In this document: in pieces, positions 9,877-19,798 of the stretch
How positions within the stretch are numbered: position 1 is the stretch's first letter
Layout of the letters: the number at the start of each line of letters is the position of its first letter
Assembly: GCA_965198115.1 (NCBI GenBank)
Contig: OZ240241.1
Span: 5,408,001-5,472,000, forward strand
DNA from: Candidatus Latescibacterota bacterium
GTDB taxonomy: Bacteria; Latescibacterota; UBA2968
Length of the DNA: 64,000 bases
Direction: 5' to 3'
Position numbers and translations under genes: made by a program
The notes under the pieces: generated by a model
What the model was told of the DNA's origin: nothing
The model's database searches: none
What the model saw: only the letters and a program-made list of their open reading frames with translations

Positions 9877-11583
9877 GTGATTCAGATCCGGAACCTCACA
9901 TTCTCCTACGGCGACGCGGTCGTACTCCGTGACGTTTCGGTCGATCTGGTCTTCGGCCAATCGGTCGCCATCCTCGGGCGGAACGGTTCTGGCAAATCGA
10001 CGTTCCTCCGCTGCCTCAACGGGTTGCTCCAACCCGACTCGGGTGACATCACCGTCGATGGCCAGACGACCGCCGATGTCGGAAACCTGCCCGAACTTCG
10101 CCGTCGAGTCGGTCTCCTCTTCCAGAATCCTGACGAACAGGTCGTTTCGGCGGTCGTCGATTCGGACATCGCCTTCGGTCTCGAGAACCTCGGGCATCGA
10201 CGCGAAGAGATCGTCGATCGTGTGGAAGAAGCGCTCGTTCGGTTCGACCTTCACGCCTATCGGAATCGTTCGACCCACGCGCTTTCCGGTGGCGAACGTC
10301 AGCGCCTCGCTCTCGCCGGCGTCTGGGCCGCCCGGCCACGCTATCTTCTGCTCGACGAACCGACTGCGCTCCTCGACCCTGCCGCCGCCCTGGCATCCCT
10401 CGACCTGATCTTCACGCTCACGGCCGAGGGCGTCACCCCCATCGTCGTCACCCACGACCCCGATGTGGCGGTTCGGGCCGATCGTCTGCTCGTCTTGCGT
10501 GACGGCCGTCTCGTCGAGGACGGATGCCCCAGGTCGATCCTTTCCGCCGCAGGCGCCCTGACCGACCACGGATTGGCGACGACATTACCCGCGCGAATCG
10601 CTCGCAGCCTCGGACACGACGAACCCCTGCCTGTCACACACGCCGACCTCGCACGGGCCGTCGTCGGGCGACCGGTCGCGGACCTTCCCCCTCCTGCCGC
10701 CCGACCGGCGTCTCTTTCCATCATCGAATCGAAGGGCGTCCGCCACGTTTACAACGAAGGCCTCCCCGACGAAACCGTCGCCCTCGACGGCGTCGACCTC
10801 GGGATCGACGAGGGGGAAATGGTCGCCGTCGTCGGCCGCGGTGGATCCGGCAAATCGACCTTCGCCCTGCACCTGAACGGCCTTCTCTTCCCCACGCAAG
10901 GATGTCTCTCCGTTTCGGGACACTCGATGAACCCGAAGCTTTCCCGCCAGAACGCCCTGCGAATTCGACGCGAAGTCGGTCTCATTTTCCAGTTTCCAGA
11001 AACGCAGCTCTTCGCGGAAACCGTCGCGGAGGACATCGCATTCGGGCCCAACAACCTGGGTCTTGACGAGGTCGACCGACGTGTCAACCAGGCCCTCGTC
11101 GATGTCGGTCTCGATCCGGCGCGCTACCGGGATCGCAACCCGTTCACCCTGAGCGGTGGCGAAAAGCGACGCGTCGCCATCGCCGGCGTGCTCGTCACGA
11201 ATCCACGCCTCGTCGTCCTCGACGAACCGACCGCCGCCCTGGACCCCTCGGGAGCCGGCGACTTCGACGTGCTCCTCGGACGTCTCAGGGCCGATGGCGT
11301 GACCGTCGTCATGATCACCCACGACCTCGACCGTGCTTCCCGCGCGTGCGACAGGATCATCGCCTTCGACGGCGGTCGCGTGGCCTTCGCGGAGCCACCT
11401 CAAAACGCGTTCGTGGAGCGCGAGCGATTGTCATCCCTCGGACTGGTCCCGCCCGACGTCGTACGGCTCGCCGACAGCCTGCGGGCCGCGGGGTGCCCCA
11501 TACCACTCCACGCTGTCAATGAGGATCAAATCGTCGACGCACTCGGCGGAACTCCGCCGGACGAAAGCAGTCATCAGGGTTGA
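9877..11583 (+). CDS. ECF transporter fused double ATPase (EcfA-EcfA'/CbiO-like)
   Basis: Two ABC domains: GRNGSGKST/FQNPDEQ/LSGGERQR and GRGGSGKST/FQFPETQLF/LSGGEKRR; start GTG 9877 preferred to 9772. Confidence 0.9.
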   Translation: MIQIRNLTFSYGDAVVLRDVSVDLVFGQSVAILGRNGSGKSTFLRCLNGLLQPDSGDITVDGQTTADVGNLPELRRRVGLLFQNPDEQVVSAVVDSDIAFGLENLGHRREEIVDRVEEALVRFDLHAYRNRSTHALSGGERQRLALAGVWAARPRYLLLDEPTALLDPAAALASLDLIFTLTAEGVTPIVVTHDPDVAVRADRLLVLRDGRLVEDGCPRSILSAAGALTDHGLATTLPARIARSLGHDEPLPVTHADLARAVVGRPVADLPPPAARPASLSIIESKGVRHVYNEGLPDETVALDGVDLGIDEGEMVAVVGRGGSGKSTFALHLNGLLFPTQGCLSVSGHSMNPKLSRQNALRIRREVGLIFQFPETQLFAETVAEDIAFGPNNLGLDEVDRRVNQALVDVGLDPARYRDRNPFTLSGGEKRRVAIAGVLVTNPRLVVLDEPTAALDPSGAGDFDVLLGRLRADGVTVVMITHDLDRASRACDRIIAFDGGRVAFAEPPQNAFVERERLSSLGLVPPDVVRLADSLRAAGCPIPLHAVNEDQIVDALGGTPPDESSHQG

Positions 11584-11673
11584 CACTGCAGGGGCCGGCC
11601 GGTAACTTCAGGCGGCTCGCGTCGAGCAGCTCCCGCTGGCACGCCTACCCATCGACATCCCGAAAGCAGGCTC

Positions 11674-12975
11674 GTGACCGACGCGTCCACGCTTCTTCTC
11701 CAGAACGGTCGGGTCATCGATCCGGCCAACCGCACGAACCGGCAAGCTGACGTATTGATTCAACACGGCCGCATCGCCGGTGTCGAGCCTTCCCTCACTC
11801 CTCCCCCCGACGCATACGTCATCAACGTAGATGGATTGTTCGTCGTTCCCGGTCTGATCGATGTCCACGTCCATCTTCGCGATCCCGGATTTCCCGACAA
11901 GGAAACGGTGCAGACAGGGTGTCAGGCTGCGGCCGCAGGCGGTTTCACCACCGTGATCTGCATGCCCAACACCGACCCCAGGATCGACACGCCGGGCGTC
12001 GTCGTGGACATCCAGCAAAAAGCCGAAGATGCGGACGCCCGCGTCTTTGTCGTCGCGTGCGCGACCGTCGGCATGGCTGGAGAAGAACTCACGGACACGC
12101 CGTCTCTCCTCGAAACCGGCGTCGTAGGGTTCTCCGACGACGGCCTCCCTATCGAATCCACCGACCTAATGCGAGAGCTCCTGCGCCGGTCCGAGGAATA
12201 CGGATTCATCGTCTGCCCGCACGTCGAGGATTTCAGCTACACGCGCGGCGGACACATGCACGATGGCGACGTATCGCGTCGTCTCGGAATCGCCGGCATG
12301 GGGTCCGAAGGCGAAGCCGCCATGGTCGAACGGGACATCGATCTGGTACGCGATGTCGGCGGCCGGCTCCACATCCTGCACATCAGCGTGCGACGGGCCA
12401 TCGAACTCGTACGCAAGGCCAAAGCCGAGGGTCTGCGCGTCACGAGCGAGGCCTGCCCCCATCATTTCACCCTGACCGACGAAGACGTCCCGACGTTCGG
12501 AACAGCGGGAAAGATGAGCCCGCCCCTCCGGTCGAGGGACGACCGCGAGGCCATCCTCGAAGGTCTGGCCGACGGCACCATCGACGTCATAGCCACCGAC
12601 CACGCGCCCCACACGACCGAAGAAAAGCTCCGCGCCTTTTGCGACGCACCGAACGGAATCCTAGGGCTCGAAACGGCCGTCGGCAGCACGCTGACGGCTC
12701 TGGTCTACGGTGGCGTGCTGCCCCTCGAGCGCGTCATTCAAAAAATGACGTCCGAGCCCGCTCGTCTGTATGGCCTCGACGTCGGCACACTGTCGGAGGG
12801 TGCTCCCGGCGACGTCACGCTCATCGATCTGGATGCCGAATGGCAAGTCGACGCGACGACCTTCCGTTCGAAATCACGAAACACACCCTTCCACGGATGG
12901 TGCTTCCGAGGCCGTCCGACGATGACAGTCCTCGATGGACGCATCACCCACCTGCTCGAAACCGACGCCGCGTGA
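11674..12975 (+). CDS. pyrC: Dihydroorotase (class I)
   Basis: [33 protein letters not shown]; next to carA. Confidence 0.93.
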   Translation: MTDASTLLLQNGRVIDPANRTNRQADVLIQHGRIAGVEPSLTPPPDAYVINVDGLFVVPGLIDVHVHLRDPGFPDKETVQTGCQAAAAGGFTTVICMPNTDPRIDTPGVVVDIQQKAEDADARVFVVACATVGMAGEELTDTPSLLETGVVGFSDDGLPIESTDLMRELLRRSEEYGFIVCPHVEDFSYTRGGHMHDGDVSRRLGIAGMGSEGEAAMVERDIDLVRDVGGRLHILHISVRRAIELVRKAKAEGLRVTSEACPHHFTLTDEDVPTFGTAGKMSPPLRSRDDREAILEGLADGTIDVIATDHAPHTTEEKLRAFCDAPNGILGLETAVGSTLTALVYGGVLPLERVIQKMTSEPARLYGLDVGTLSEGAPGDVTLIDLDAEWQVDATTFRSKSRNTPFHGWCFRGRPTMTVLDGRITHLLETDAA

Positions 12976-13003
12976 GCTACGTTCAACTGGCTGGGACACA
13001 CGC

Positions 13004-14128
13004 ATGACCGCTTACCTCGCACTTGAAGACGGGACGATATTCGAGGGCCGATCCTTCGGCGCCGACGTCGAACGCGTCGGCGAAGTCGTCTTCAACACCA
13101 GCATCACCGGCTATCAGGAGATCCTTACCGACCCGTCCTACAACGGTCAGATCGTGACGATGACCTACCCCCTGATCGGAAACTACGGGATCAATCCCGA
13201 CGACTTCGAATCCGTCAGGCCGCAGGTCGAGGGTTTCGTCGTCAAGGAAGCCTGCAAGAATCCGAGCAACTACCGGTCCGTCCAAAGCCTGGGGTCCTTC
13301 TTGAAGGAACACGACATCCCCGGCATTGAAGGGATCGACACGCGATCGCTCACGAAACACATTCGGTCCAAGGGTGCCATGAAGGGCATCCTGTCCACGC
13401 TCGATTCCGACAGGGAAAGTCTCGTCCAAAAGGCGAACGACTATCCCGGCCTCGTCGGACGCGACCTCGTTTCCCGAGTCACGTGTGGTGAACCCTATCA
13501 ATGGGCCGAAGGGCTTTACGATTTGGAAAAGGGCGAACGGACACATTTGGAAGGGAAGGCTCGCTTCCGCGTCGCCGCCTACGACTTCGGAATCAAACAG
13601 AACATTCTGCGATACCTCGTCGACCGAGGGTGCGACGTGACTGTTTTCCCCGCCGACACGCCACCGGATCAGATTTTGGAAATCGACCCCGACGGCATCT
13701 TCCTGTCGAACGGCCCGGGTGACCCTGAACCCGTGACCTACGCCGTCGACAGCATCCGCCAGCTAATCGCAGAGAAGCGACCGACATTCGGGATTTGCCT
13801 GGGACATCAGCTCATCGGACTGGCGCTCGGTGGATCTACCTACAAGCTCAAGTTCGGTCACCGTGGCGCGAACCAGCCTGTCCAACAGACCGACACGGGA
13901 AAGGTCGAGATCACCTCGCAGAACCACGGCTTCGCCGTCGACATCGATTCGCTCGACCGGGACGACGTCGTCCTCACCCACATCAACCTCAACGACAACA
14001 CCCTCGAGGGCCTGAGACACAGGGACTTGCCCTTGTTCTGTGTCCAGTATCATCCGGAAGCGTCCGCGGGACCTCACGATGCCGATTATCTCTTCGACCA
14101 CTTCGTCGAACTGATGGAGAAAGCATAG
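13004..14128 (+). CDS. carA: Carbamoyl-phosphate synthase small subunit
   Basis: [35 protein letters not shown]. Confidence 0.96.
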   Translation: MTAYLALEDGTIFEGRSFGADVERVGEVVFNTSITGYQEILTDPSYNGQIVTMTYPLIGNYGINPDDFESVRPQVEGFVVKEACKNPSNYRSVQSLGSFLKEHDIPGIEGIDTRSLTKHIRSKGAMKGILSTLDSDRESLVQKANDYPGLVGRDLVSRVTCGEPYQWAEGLYDLEKGERTHLEGKARFRVAAYDFGIKQNILRYLVDRGCDVTVFPADTPPDQILEIDPDGIFLSNGPGDPEPVTYAVDSIRQLIAEKRPTFGICLGHQLIGLALGGSTYKLKFGHRGANQPVQQTDTGKVEITSQNHGFAVDIDSLDRDDVVLTHINLNDNTLEGLRHRDLPLFCVQYHPEASAGPHDADYLFDHFVELMEKA

Positions 14129-14234
14129 AGGGCGCTCCCCTCCGGGTCGCGGCTTTCCACGGGAACTTTCGCACCGCGTATCCGTCCAACTGCTGTGTGC
14201 ACGGCTTGACGACGTGCGCCGAACAGGCTATTCT

Positions 14235-14250
14235 TTGGCACGAAGCCTGC
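14235..14250 (+). promoter_or_regulatory. sigma54 (-24/-12) promoter
   Basis: TTGGCACGAAGCCTGC with exact GG-N10-GC spacing, 27 nt upstream of ATG 14278. Confidence 0.7.
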
Positions 14251-14277
14251 CGAATCGGGAAGGTATGCGAGGTCTTC

Positions 14278-14715
14278 ATGAAGACGTATCTCATCATCGC
14301 CGCACTTTTACTGGGTTTCGGGACGGTCCAAGCCGGAACCGGGATCGACCTGGGGAACAGCCGCGTGCTGAACCCCCTCAAGCCAGAGGCCGCACTCCAG
14401 GGTCTGTTCGATCGATCCAAGTTCGACATGAACCAGACCGTCGGAATGAGCTTCGGAACAGGGGGTTCCGGGTTTTCGCAATACTACCTGAACTCGCTGA
14501 CCTACAAACCGTCCGACAAGCTCACCGTCAATGCCACGCTCGGATTGCACAACAGGGCCTACGGGAGTGGATTTTACGGATCGGCCACGAACGGTGCGCA
14601 GATCATCGTGCCGAACGTGGGAGTGACCTATCGGGTCAAACCGAACATGACGTTTCACATCGGCTTCAGCAGCATCCCCAACTACTACTACCGTCCGTCC
14701 TGGGGTCACTGGTAA
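14278..14715 (+). CDS. Secreted hypothetical protein, beta-rich (possible small outer-membrane barrel)
   Basis: RBS GAGG; signal peptide MKTYLIIAALLLGFGTVQA; amphipathic beta strands with aromatic C-terminus. Confidence 0.75.
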   Translation: MKTYLIIAALLLGFGTVQAGTGIDLGNSRVLNPLKPEAALQGLFDRSKFDMNQTVGMSFGTGGSGFSQYYLNSLTYKPSDKLTVNATLGLHNRAYGSGFYGSATNGAQIIVPNVGVTYRVKPNMTFHIGFSSIPNYYYRPSWGHW

Positions 14716-14740
14716 GTTCCCGTCCCTATCGTGATCCATC

Positions 14741-14773
14741 AAAACGCGCGAGGCATCTGTCTCGCGCGTTTTT
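14741..14773. terminator. Intrinsic terminator, possibly bidirectional
   Basis: AAAACGCGCGAGGCA-TC-TGTCTCGCGCGTTTTT. Confidence 0.85.
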
Positions 14774-14872
14774 CATTTTTCCTTTTAACTTTTGACTTTT
14801 CCCACCCAGTGTGCCTAAGGTGAAACGACCACGAAGACACTTGCGCCAAACCGACTTCAAGGCCACTTTTTG

Positions 14873-16294
14873 GGCTCTATCCGGGTTTCTCAACGGTGAA
14901 ACTATAGAATGACAAGGTCATAGATCGTTCCCTACGCTTGGTTGTGTGTGTAGGACAATCAAAGCGAAGGGGGTGCGACCTATGACCGGGAGCAGATTAC
15001 TATCGAAACTGCTGAGATTCAAGGGGTTCCGTGTTGTCAGCTGGTGGTTTGAGGGGAGAAGCTGTTTCGTCATCGCCGTAAAGCCACATAAGAATGGTTG
15101 TGTTGTTGTCCGGAGTGCGGCCGTCGAGGTAAAATCGTCCGCACAATGCCCCATCCGCGTCGGTGGCGTGACATTCCGGTGTGCGGGTGGAGGGTCTGGC
15201 TTCTCTACCATCCTCGGGAGATTCGGTGTCCTACCCACGGTCGTGTGGTCGAGGAGATTCCGTGGGCGGAGCGGTTCTCTCGGGTGACGTATCGCTTCGA
15301 GTATGCCATGCTGCGCTACTGCCAGACCATGACGCAGAAGGCGGCGTCCGAGTTGCTGCGCATCTCTGCCTCGACGCTGTCGGATCTCCTTCACCGATCC
15401 ATCACGCGGCTTCGTGAAGGTCATTGTATCCGAGGGCTCAAAACCATCGGGATCGACGAGATCTCCTACGCCAAGCGTCACAGGTACGCCACGCTCGTTT
15501 ACGATCTGGACCGCTCCTGCGTGGTGTGGGTTGGCCGCGGCAGGGCGCGTAAAACGATCGATCGGTTCTTCACAGAGGCTCTCAGTCCCTACCAGAGATC
15601 CAAGATCGAGTGGGCCTGCTGCGACATGAGCGAAGCTTACATCGGAGCCATCCAGGAACACTGTCCGAATGCCAAGCTGGTCCTCGATCGCTTTCACATC
15701 GTCAAGGCTCTCAATGCCGCCGTTGACGAGGTCCGTAAGGACCAGTGGCGTAAAGCTGCCCCGGATGAGCGCAAAGCCATGAAGGGCCTCCGATGGCTCC
15801 TCTACCGGCACTCAGCGACACGCTCCAGAGGGGATACTCGGACACTCAAAGCACTGGAGAAGGCGAACTACCGAATCTATAGAGCCTGGAGACTCAAGGA
15901 CGAGTTCGAGCAGTTCTGGGAATACAAAGCGCCCTGGGCTGCCGAACGCTTCCTGAAATGCTGGACGACGTCCGCACTCAGAAGTCGACTTGAACCCCTG
16001 CGAAAGTTCGTCAGGACCCTGCGACAGCACTTCTTCGGCGTCCTCGCATTCGTGAACACGCGTCTTACCAACGCCATCGCCGAAGGCCTCAACCGAATCG
16101 TCCAAATCGTCAAGAACCGAGCCAGCGGATTCCGCACACTCGACGCATTCAACGATATGATCTTCCTTACCGTCGGAGACATAAACATCCCTGAGCAGAT
16201 TCCGAAGAGGTTCCGCACACGCTAACCGCGCCCCCATGCCAGGAACCACGGCACCTTCACCCACTTCAGCTCGTTGAGAGATCCGGATATAGCC
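14873..16294 (+). mobile_element. ISL3 copy 2 (1422 bp), 8-bp TSD ACTTTTTG
   Basis: Same IRs as copy 1; ACTTTTTG at 14865-14872 and 16295-16302. Confidence 0.96.
14946..16225 (+). pseudogene. ISL3 transposase frameshifted by +2 bp (TG) in the TGT-TGT-TGT run near 15100
   Basis: aatggttgTGttgttgtcc versus aatggttgttgttgtcc in the other copies; element is 2 bp longer. Confidence 0.9.
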
Positions 16295-16299
16295 ACTTT

Positions 16300-16740
16300 T
16301 TGGTACGCTACGTCCTGCCGCCGCTCATCGCCGTCGTCTGTGCGTTCTTCTACTTCAATCGGCCGGAACCCACGGTGGAAGAACCTGAGCCCATCCGGCG
16401 GAGCTACAAGCACATCAAAGTCGAGGTTCTCAACGGGTGTGGCGTGAACGGCCTGGCAAGAACCGTGGGGGGGCGTCTTCGCGATCTTGGTTTCGACGTG
16501 ATGACCCTGGAAAACGCCGACAGCTTCGACTATCCCGAGTCGATCGTGATCGACCGTATCGGAAAAGTGTCCGAGGCTGACCGCGTCGCTCAGGCTCTCG
16601 GAATCCCGAACCGTATTCAGCAGATCATACCCGACCCCTTCCGAATCGAAGGCGTGACCGTCATCGTCGGAAGAGACTATCGCCGATTGGGACTGCCGCC
16701 GACTACGACGGCCGCGCACAACCCGGAAATCCCACCGTGA
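16300..16740 (+). CDS. LytR C-terminal domain membrane protein
   Basis: N-terminal TM helix, VEVLNGCGVNGLA, VTVIVGRDY; usual neighbour of rsfS. Confidence 0.88.
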   Translation: MVRYVLPPLIAVVCAFFYFNRPEPTVEEPEPIRRSYKHIKVEVLNGCGVNGLARTVGGRLRDLGFDVMTLENADSFDYPESIVIDRIGKVSEADRVAQALGIPNRIQQIIPDPFRIEGVTVIVGRDYRRLGLPPTTTAAHNPEIPP

Positions 16741-17120
16741 TCTCCACCACTGCCTACACCCCACTCCAGACGATCGACCACTGTTCGGAGTGGCTGCTCG
16801 ACAGGAAGGGCGAGGACCTCGTCGCCCTCGACCTCCGAACGATCGCCGAGTTCACGGACTACTTCCTGATCTGCACGGGAACGTCCGATGTTCAGGTGCG
16901 TGCCCTCGCAGACGCGGTCATCGAAGGCATGAAGGATGCCGGACAACGACCCTTGCACGTCGAGGGATACGACAGCCGCAGGTGGATCCTGATCGACTTC
17001 GTCGACGTCGTCATCCACATTCTCCAACCCGAAGAGCGCCAATTCTACGGTCTCGAACGCCTCTGGGGTGACGCACCCACCCGCAGCATCGTCGACGAAC
17101 ACCAACCTCAGCCAGCCTGA
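16737..17120 (+). CDS. rsfS: Ribosome silencing factor
   Basis: RKGEDLVALDLR, DYFLICTG, WILIDFVDVVIH, FYGLERLWGDA. Confidence 0.95.
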   Translation: MISTTAYTPLQTIDHCSEWLLDRKGEDLVALDLRTIAEFTDYFLICTGTSDVQVRALADAVIEGMKDAGQRPLHVEGYDSRRWILIDFVDVVIHILQPEERQFYGLERLWGDAPTRSIVDEHQPQPA

Positions 17121-17123
17121 TCC

Positions 17124-18155
17124 TTGCCGGTCGCGACCATCAACTGGGTCGATGACGGTCTCCGGCTCATCGACCAGACCCGCCTGCCCGAAGAGCTCAT
17201 CCACATCGACTGCCGCGATGTCGAAACGGTCGCCGAAGCCATCAGGATGCTGCGGGTCCGCGGGGCCCCCGCCATCGGCGTAGCCGCAGCCTACGGCGTC
17301 GTCATCGCCGCCCAGGAGGCCACGCGTGCCGCCGACCCCGTCGCGCACATCCGCGCGGCGATCGACACCCTCGGCGCCACACGGCCGACCGCGGTCAATC
17401 TGTTCTGGGCCCTCGATCGGATGACGCGCGTCCTCGACGCGGCAGCCAGCGAGTCCCTCGCCGCGATCCACGACCGGCTGTTCGCCGAGGCACAGACGAT
17501 CTTCGAAGAGGACAAAACCACGTGCCGGGCGATCGGCCGTCACGGAGCCGGATTGCTCGGCGCAAAGACGACGATTCTCACGCACTGCAATGCCGGTGGT
17601 CTCGCAACAGTCGACTACGGCACGGCCTTGGCGGTCGTCTACGCCGCCGTCGAGCAAGGGAAGCAGGTCGCCGTCTACGCCGACGAGACGCGACCTCTGC
17701 TACAGGGATCGCGTCTCACCGCCTGGGAGCTCCAGCAAAGCGGCGTCGACGTCACCGTCATCTGCGACAGCATGGCCGCCACCGTGCTCCGTGACAAACC
17801 GATCGATTGCGTCATCGTCGGTGCCGACAGGATCGCCGCCAACGGTGACGTGGCTAACAAGATCGGGACCTACGGCGTCGCCATCCTGGCCCGAGAGCAC
17901 GACATCCCGTTCTACGTAGCCGCACCGCTCTCCACGATCGACATGTCGCTCGCCGAGGGCAGTCTGATCCCGATCGAGGAGCGGTCCCCGGTCGAGATCA
18001 CACACGGCATGGGCAAGCAAACGGCCCCGGAAGCCGTCCACGTCTACAACCCCGCTTTCGACGTCACACCCCACCGACTCGTGAACGCCATCATCACCGA
18101 CCACGGCGTCGCGGAGGCCCCTTACGAATCTGTGTTCAGATCCTGGTTTTCATAG
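17124..18155 (+). CDS. mtnA: S-methyl-5-thioribose-1-phosphate isomerase
   Basis: RVRGAPAIG, TRPTAVNL, THCNAGGLAT, DETRPLLQGSRLTAWEL, NPAFDVTP. Confidence 0.96.
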   Translation: MPVATINWVDDGLRLIDQTRLPEELIHIDCRDVETVAEAIRMLRVRGAPAIGVAAAYGVVIAAQEATRAADPVAHIRAAIDTLGATRPTAVNLFWALDRMTRVLDAAASESLAAIHDRLFAEAQTIFEEDKTTCRAIGRHGAGLLGAKTTILTHCNAGGLATVDYGTALAVVYAAVEQGKQVAVYADETRPLLQGSRLTAWELQQSGVDVTVICDSMAATVLRDKPIDCVIVGADRIAANGDVANKIGTYGVAILAREHDIPFYVAAPLSTIDMSLAEGSLIPIEERSPVEITHGMGKQTAPEAVHVYNPAFDVTPHRLVNAIITDHGVAEAPYESVFRSWFS

Positions 18156-18182
18156 CTTACTGCCGATATCAAAAGGTTATAT

Positions 18183-18227
18183 AAAGGACGGGCCCGATCT
18201 GGATCGGGTGACGTCCTTTTCCTTTTT
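18183..18227 (+). terminator. Intrinsic terminator after mtnA
   Basis: AAAGGACG-GGCCCGAT-ctgg-ATCGGGT-GACGTCCTTTT followed by a T run. Confidence 0.7.
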
Positions 18228-18275
18228 CACCACCGCCGGCACGTGCTCGGATGGACGCGTAGGACGTCGTCGGGA

Positions 18276-18291
18276 GGGTTGATATCAACCC
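18276..18291. promoter_or_regulatory. Perfect 16-bp palindrome, candidate transcription-factor site
   Basis: GGGTTGATATCAACCC in intergenic DNA. Confidence 0.5.
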
Positions 18292-18333
18292 GGACATATG
18301 ACCTAAACCCTGAATTTTCAGCCACATATTTAT

Positions 18334-19753
18334 GGCTCTATCCGGGTTTCTCAACGGTGAAACTATAGAATGACAAGGTCATAGATCGTTCCCTACGCTT
18401 GGTTGTGTGTGTAGGACAATCAAAGCGAAGGGGGTGCGACCTATGACCGGGAGCAGATTACTATCGAAACTGCTGAGATTCAAGGGGTTCCGTGTTGTCA
18501 GCTGGTGGTTTGAGGGGAGAAGCTGCGTCGTCATCGCCGTAAAGCCACATAAGAATGGTTGTTGTTGTCCGGAGTGCGGCCGTCGAGGTAAAATCGTCCG
18601 CACAATGCCCCATCCGCGTCGGTGGCGTGACATTCCGGTGTGCGGGTGGAGGGTCTGGCTTCTCTACCATCCTCGGGAGATTCGGTGTCCTACCCACGGT
18701 CGTGTGGTCGAGGAGATTCCGTGGGCGGAGCGGTTCTCTCGGGTGACGTATCGCTTCGAGTATGCCATGCTGCGCTACTGCCAGACCATGACGCAGAAGG
18801 CGGCGTCCGAGTTACTGCGCATCTCTGCCTCGACGCTGTCGGATCTCCTTCACCGATCCATCACGCGGCTTCGTGAAGGTCATCGTATCCGAGGGCTCAA
18901 AACCATCGGGATCGACGAGATCTCCTACGCCAAGCGTCACAGGTACGCCACGCTCGTTTACGATCTGGACCGCTCCTGCGTGGTGTGGGTTGGCCGCGGC
19001 AGGGCGCGTAAAACGATCGATCGGTTCTTCACAGAGGCTCTCAGTCCCTACCAGAGATCCAAGATCGAGTGGGCCTGCTGCGACATGAGCGAAGCTTACA
19101 TCGGAGCCATCCAGGAACACTGTCCGAATGCCAAGCTGGTCCTCGATCGCTTTCACATCGTCAAGGCTCTCAATGCCGCCGTTGACGAGGTCCGTAAGGA
19201 CCAGTGGCGTAAAGCTGCCCCGGATGAGCGCAAAGCCATGAAGGGCCTCCGATGGCTCCTCTACCGGCACTCAGCGACACGCTCCAGAGGGGATACTCGG
19301 ACACTCAAAGCACTGGAGAAGGCGAACTACCGAATCTATAGAGCCTGGAGACTCAAGGACGAGTTCGAGCAGTTCTGGGAATACAAAGCGCCCTGGGCTG
19401 CCGAACGCTTCCTGAAATGCTGGACGACGTCCGCACTCAGAAGTCGACTTGAACCCCTGCGAAAGTTCGTCAGGACCCTGCGACAGCACTTCTTCGGCGT
19501 CCTCGCATTCGTGAACACGCGTCTTACCAACGCCATCGCCGAAGGCCTCAACCGAATCGTCCAAATCGTCAAGAACCGAGCCAGCGGATTCCGCACACTC
19601 GACGCATTCAACGATATGATCTTCCTTACCGTCGGAGACATAAACATCCCTGAGCAGATTCCGAAGAGGTTCCGCACACGCTAACCGCGCCCCCATGCCA
19701 GGAACCACGGCACCTTCACCCACTTCATCTCGTTGAGAGATCCGGATATAGCC
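18334..19753 (+). mobile_element. ISL3 copy 3 (1420 bp), 8-bp TSD ATATTTAT
   Basis: ATATTTAT at 18326-18333 and 19754-19761. Confidence 0.96.
18407..19684 (+). CDS. ISL3 transposase, intact
   Basis: 425-aa ORF with CPEC zinc finger and DDE motifs. Confidence 0.95.
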   Translation: MCRTIKAKGVRPMTGSRLLSKLLRFKGFRVVSWWFEGRSCVVIAVKPHKNGCCCPECGRRGKIVRTMPHPRRWRDIPVCGWRVWLLYHPREIRCPTHGRVVEEIPWAERFSRVTYRFEYAMLRYCQTMTQKAASELLRISASTLSDLLHRSITRLREGHRIRGLKTIGIDEISYAKRHRYATLVYDLDRSCVVWVGRGRARKTIDRFFTEALSPYQRSKIEWACCDMSEAYIGAIQEHCPNAKLVLDRFHIVKALNAAVDEVRKDQWRKAAPDERKAMKGLRWLLYRHSATRSRGDTRTLKALEKANYRIYRAWRLKDEFEQFWEYKAPWAAERFLKCWTTSALRSRLEPLRKFVRTLRQHFFGVLAFVNTRLTNAIAEGLNRIVQIVKNRASGFRTLDAFNDMIFLTVGDINIPEQIPKRFRTR

Positions 19754-19760
19754 ATATTTA

Positions 19761-19789
19761 TTGACATCGATAAGACTGAGCCTTAAACT
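19761..19789 (+). promoter_or_regulatory. sigma70 promoter of the SPOR-mltD-mreD-mrdA-rodA cluster
   Basis: TTGACA-17 bp-TAAACT; ATG only 9 nt after the -10 box. Confidence 0.75.
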
Positions 19790-19798
19790 TAAGCTCCG

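Noticed and set aside
13795-14277. N-terminal extension of the 306-aa ORF overlapping carA
   Set aside because: Off-frame shadow of carA; RBS, signal peptide and promoter point to a start at 14278.
14873-19753. Composite transposon carrying lytR_C-rsfS-mtnA
   Set aside because: Each ISL3 copy has its own TSD, so they are independent insertions.
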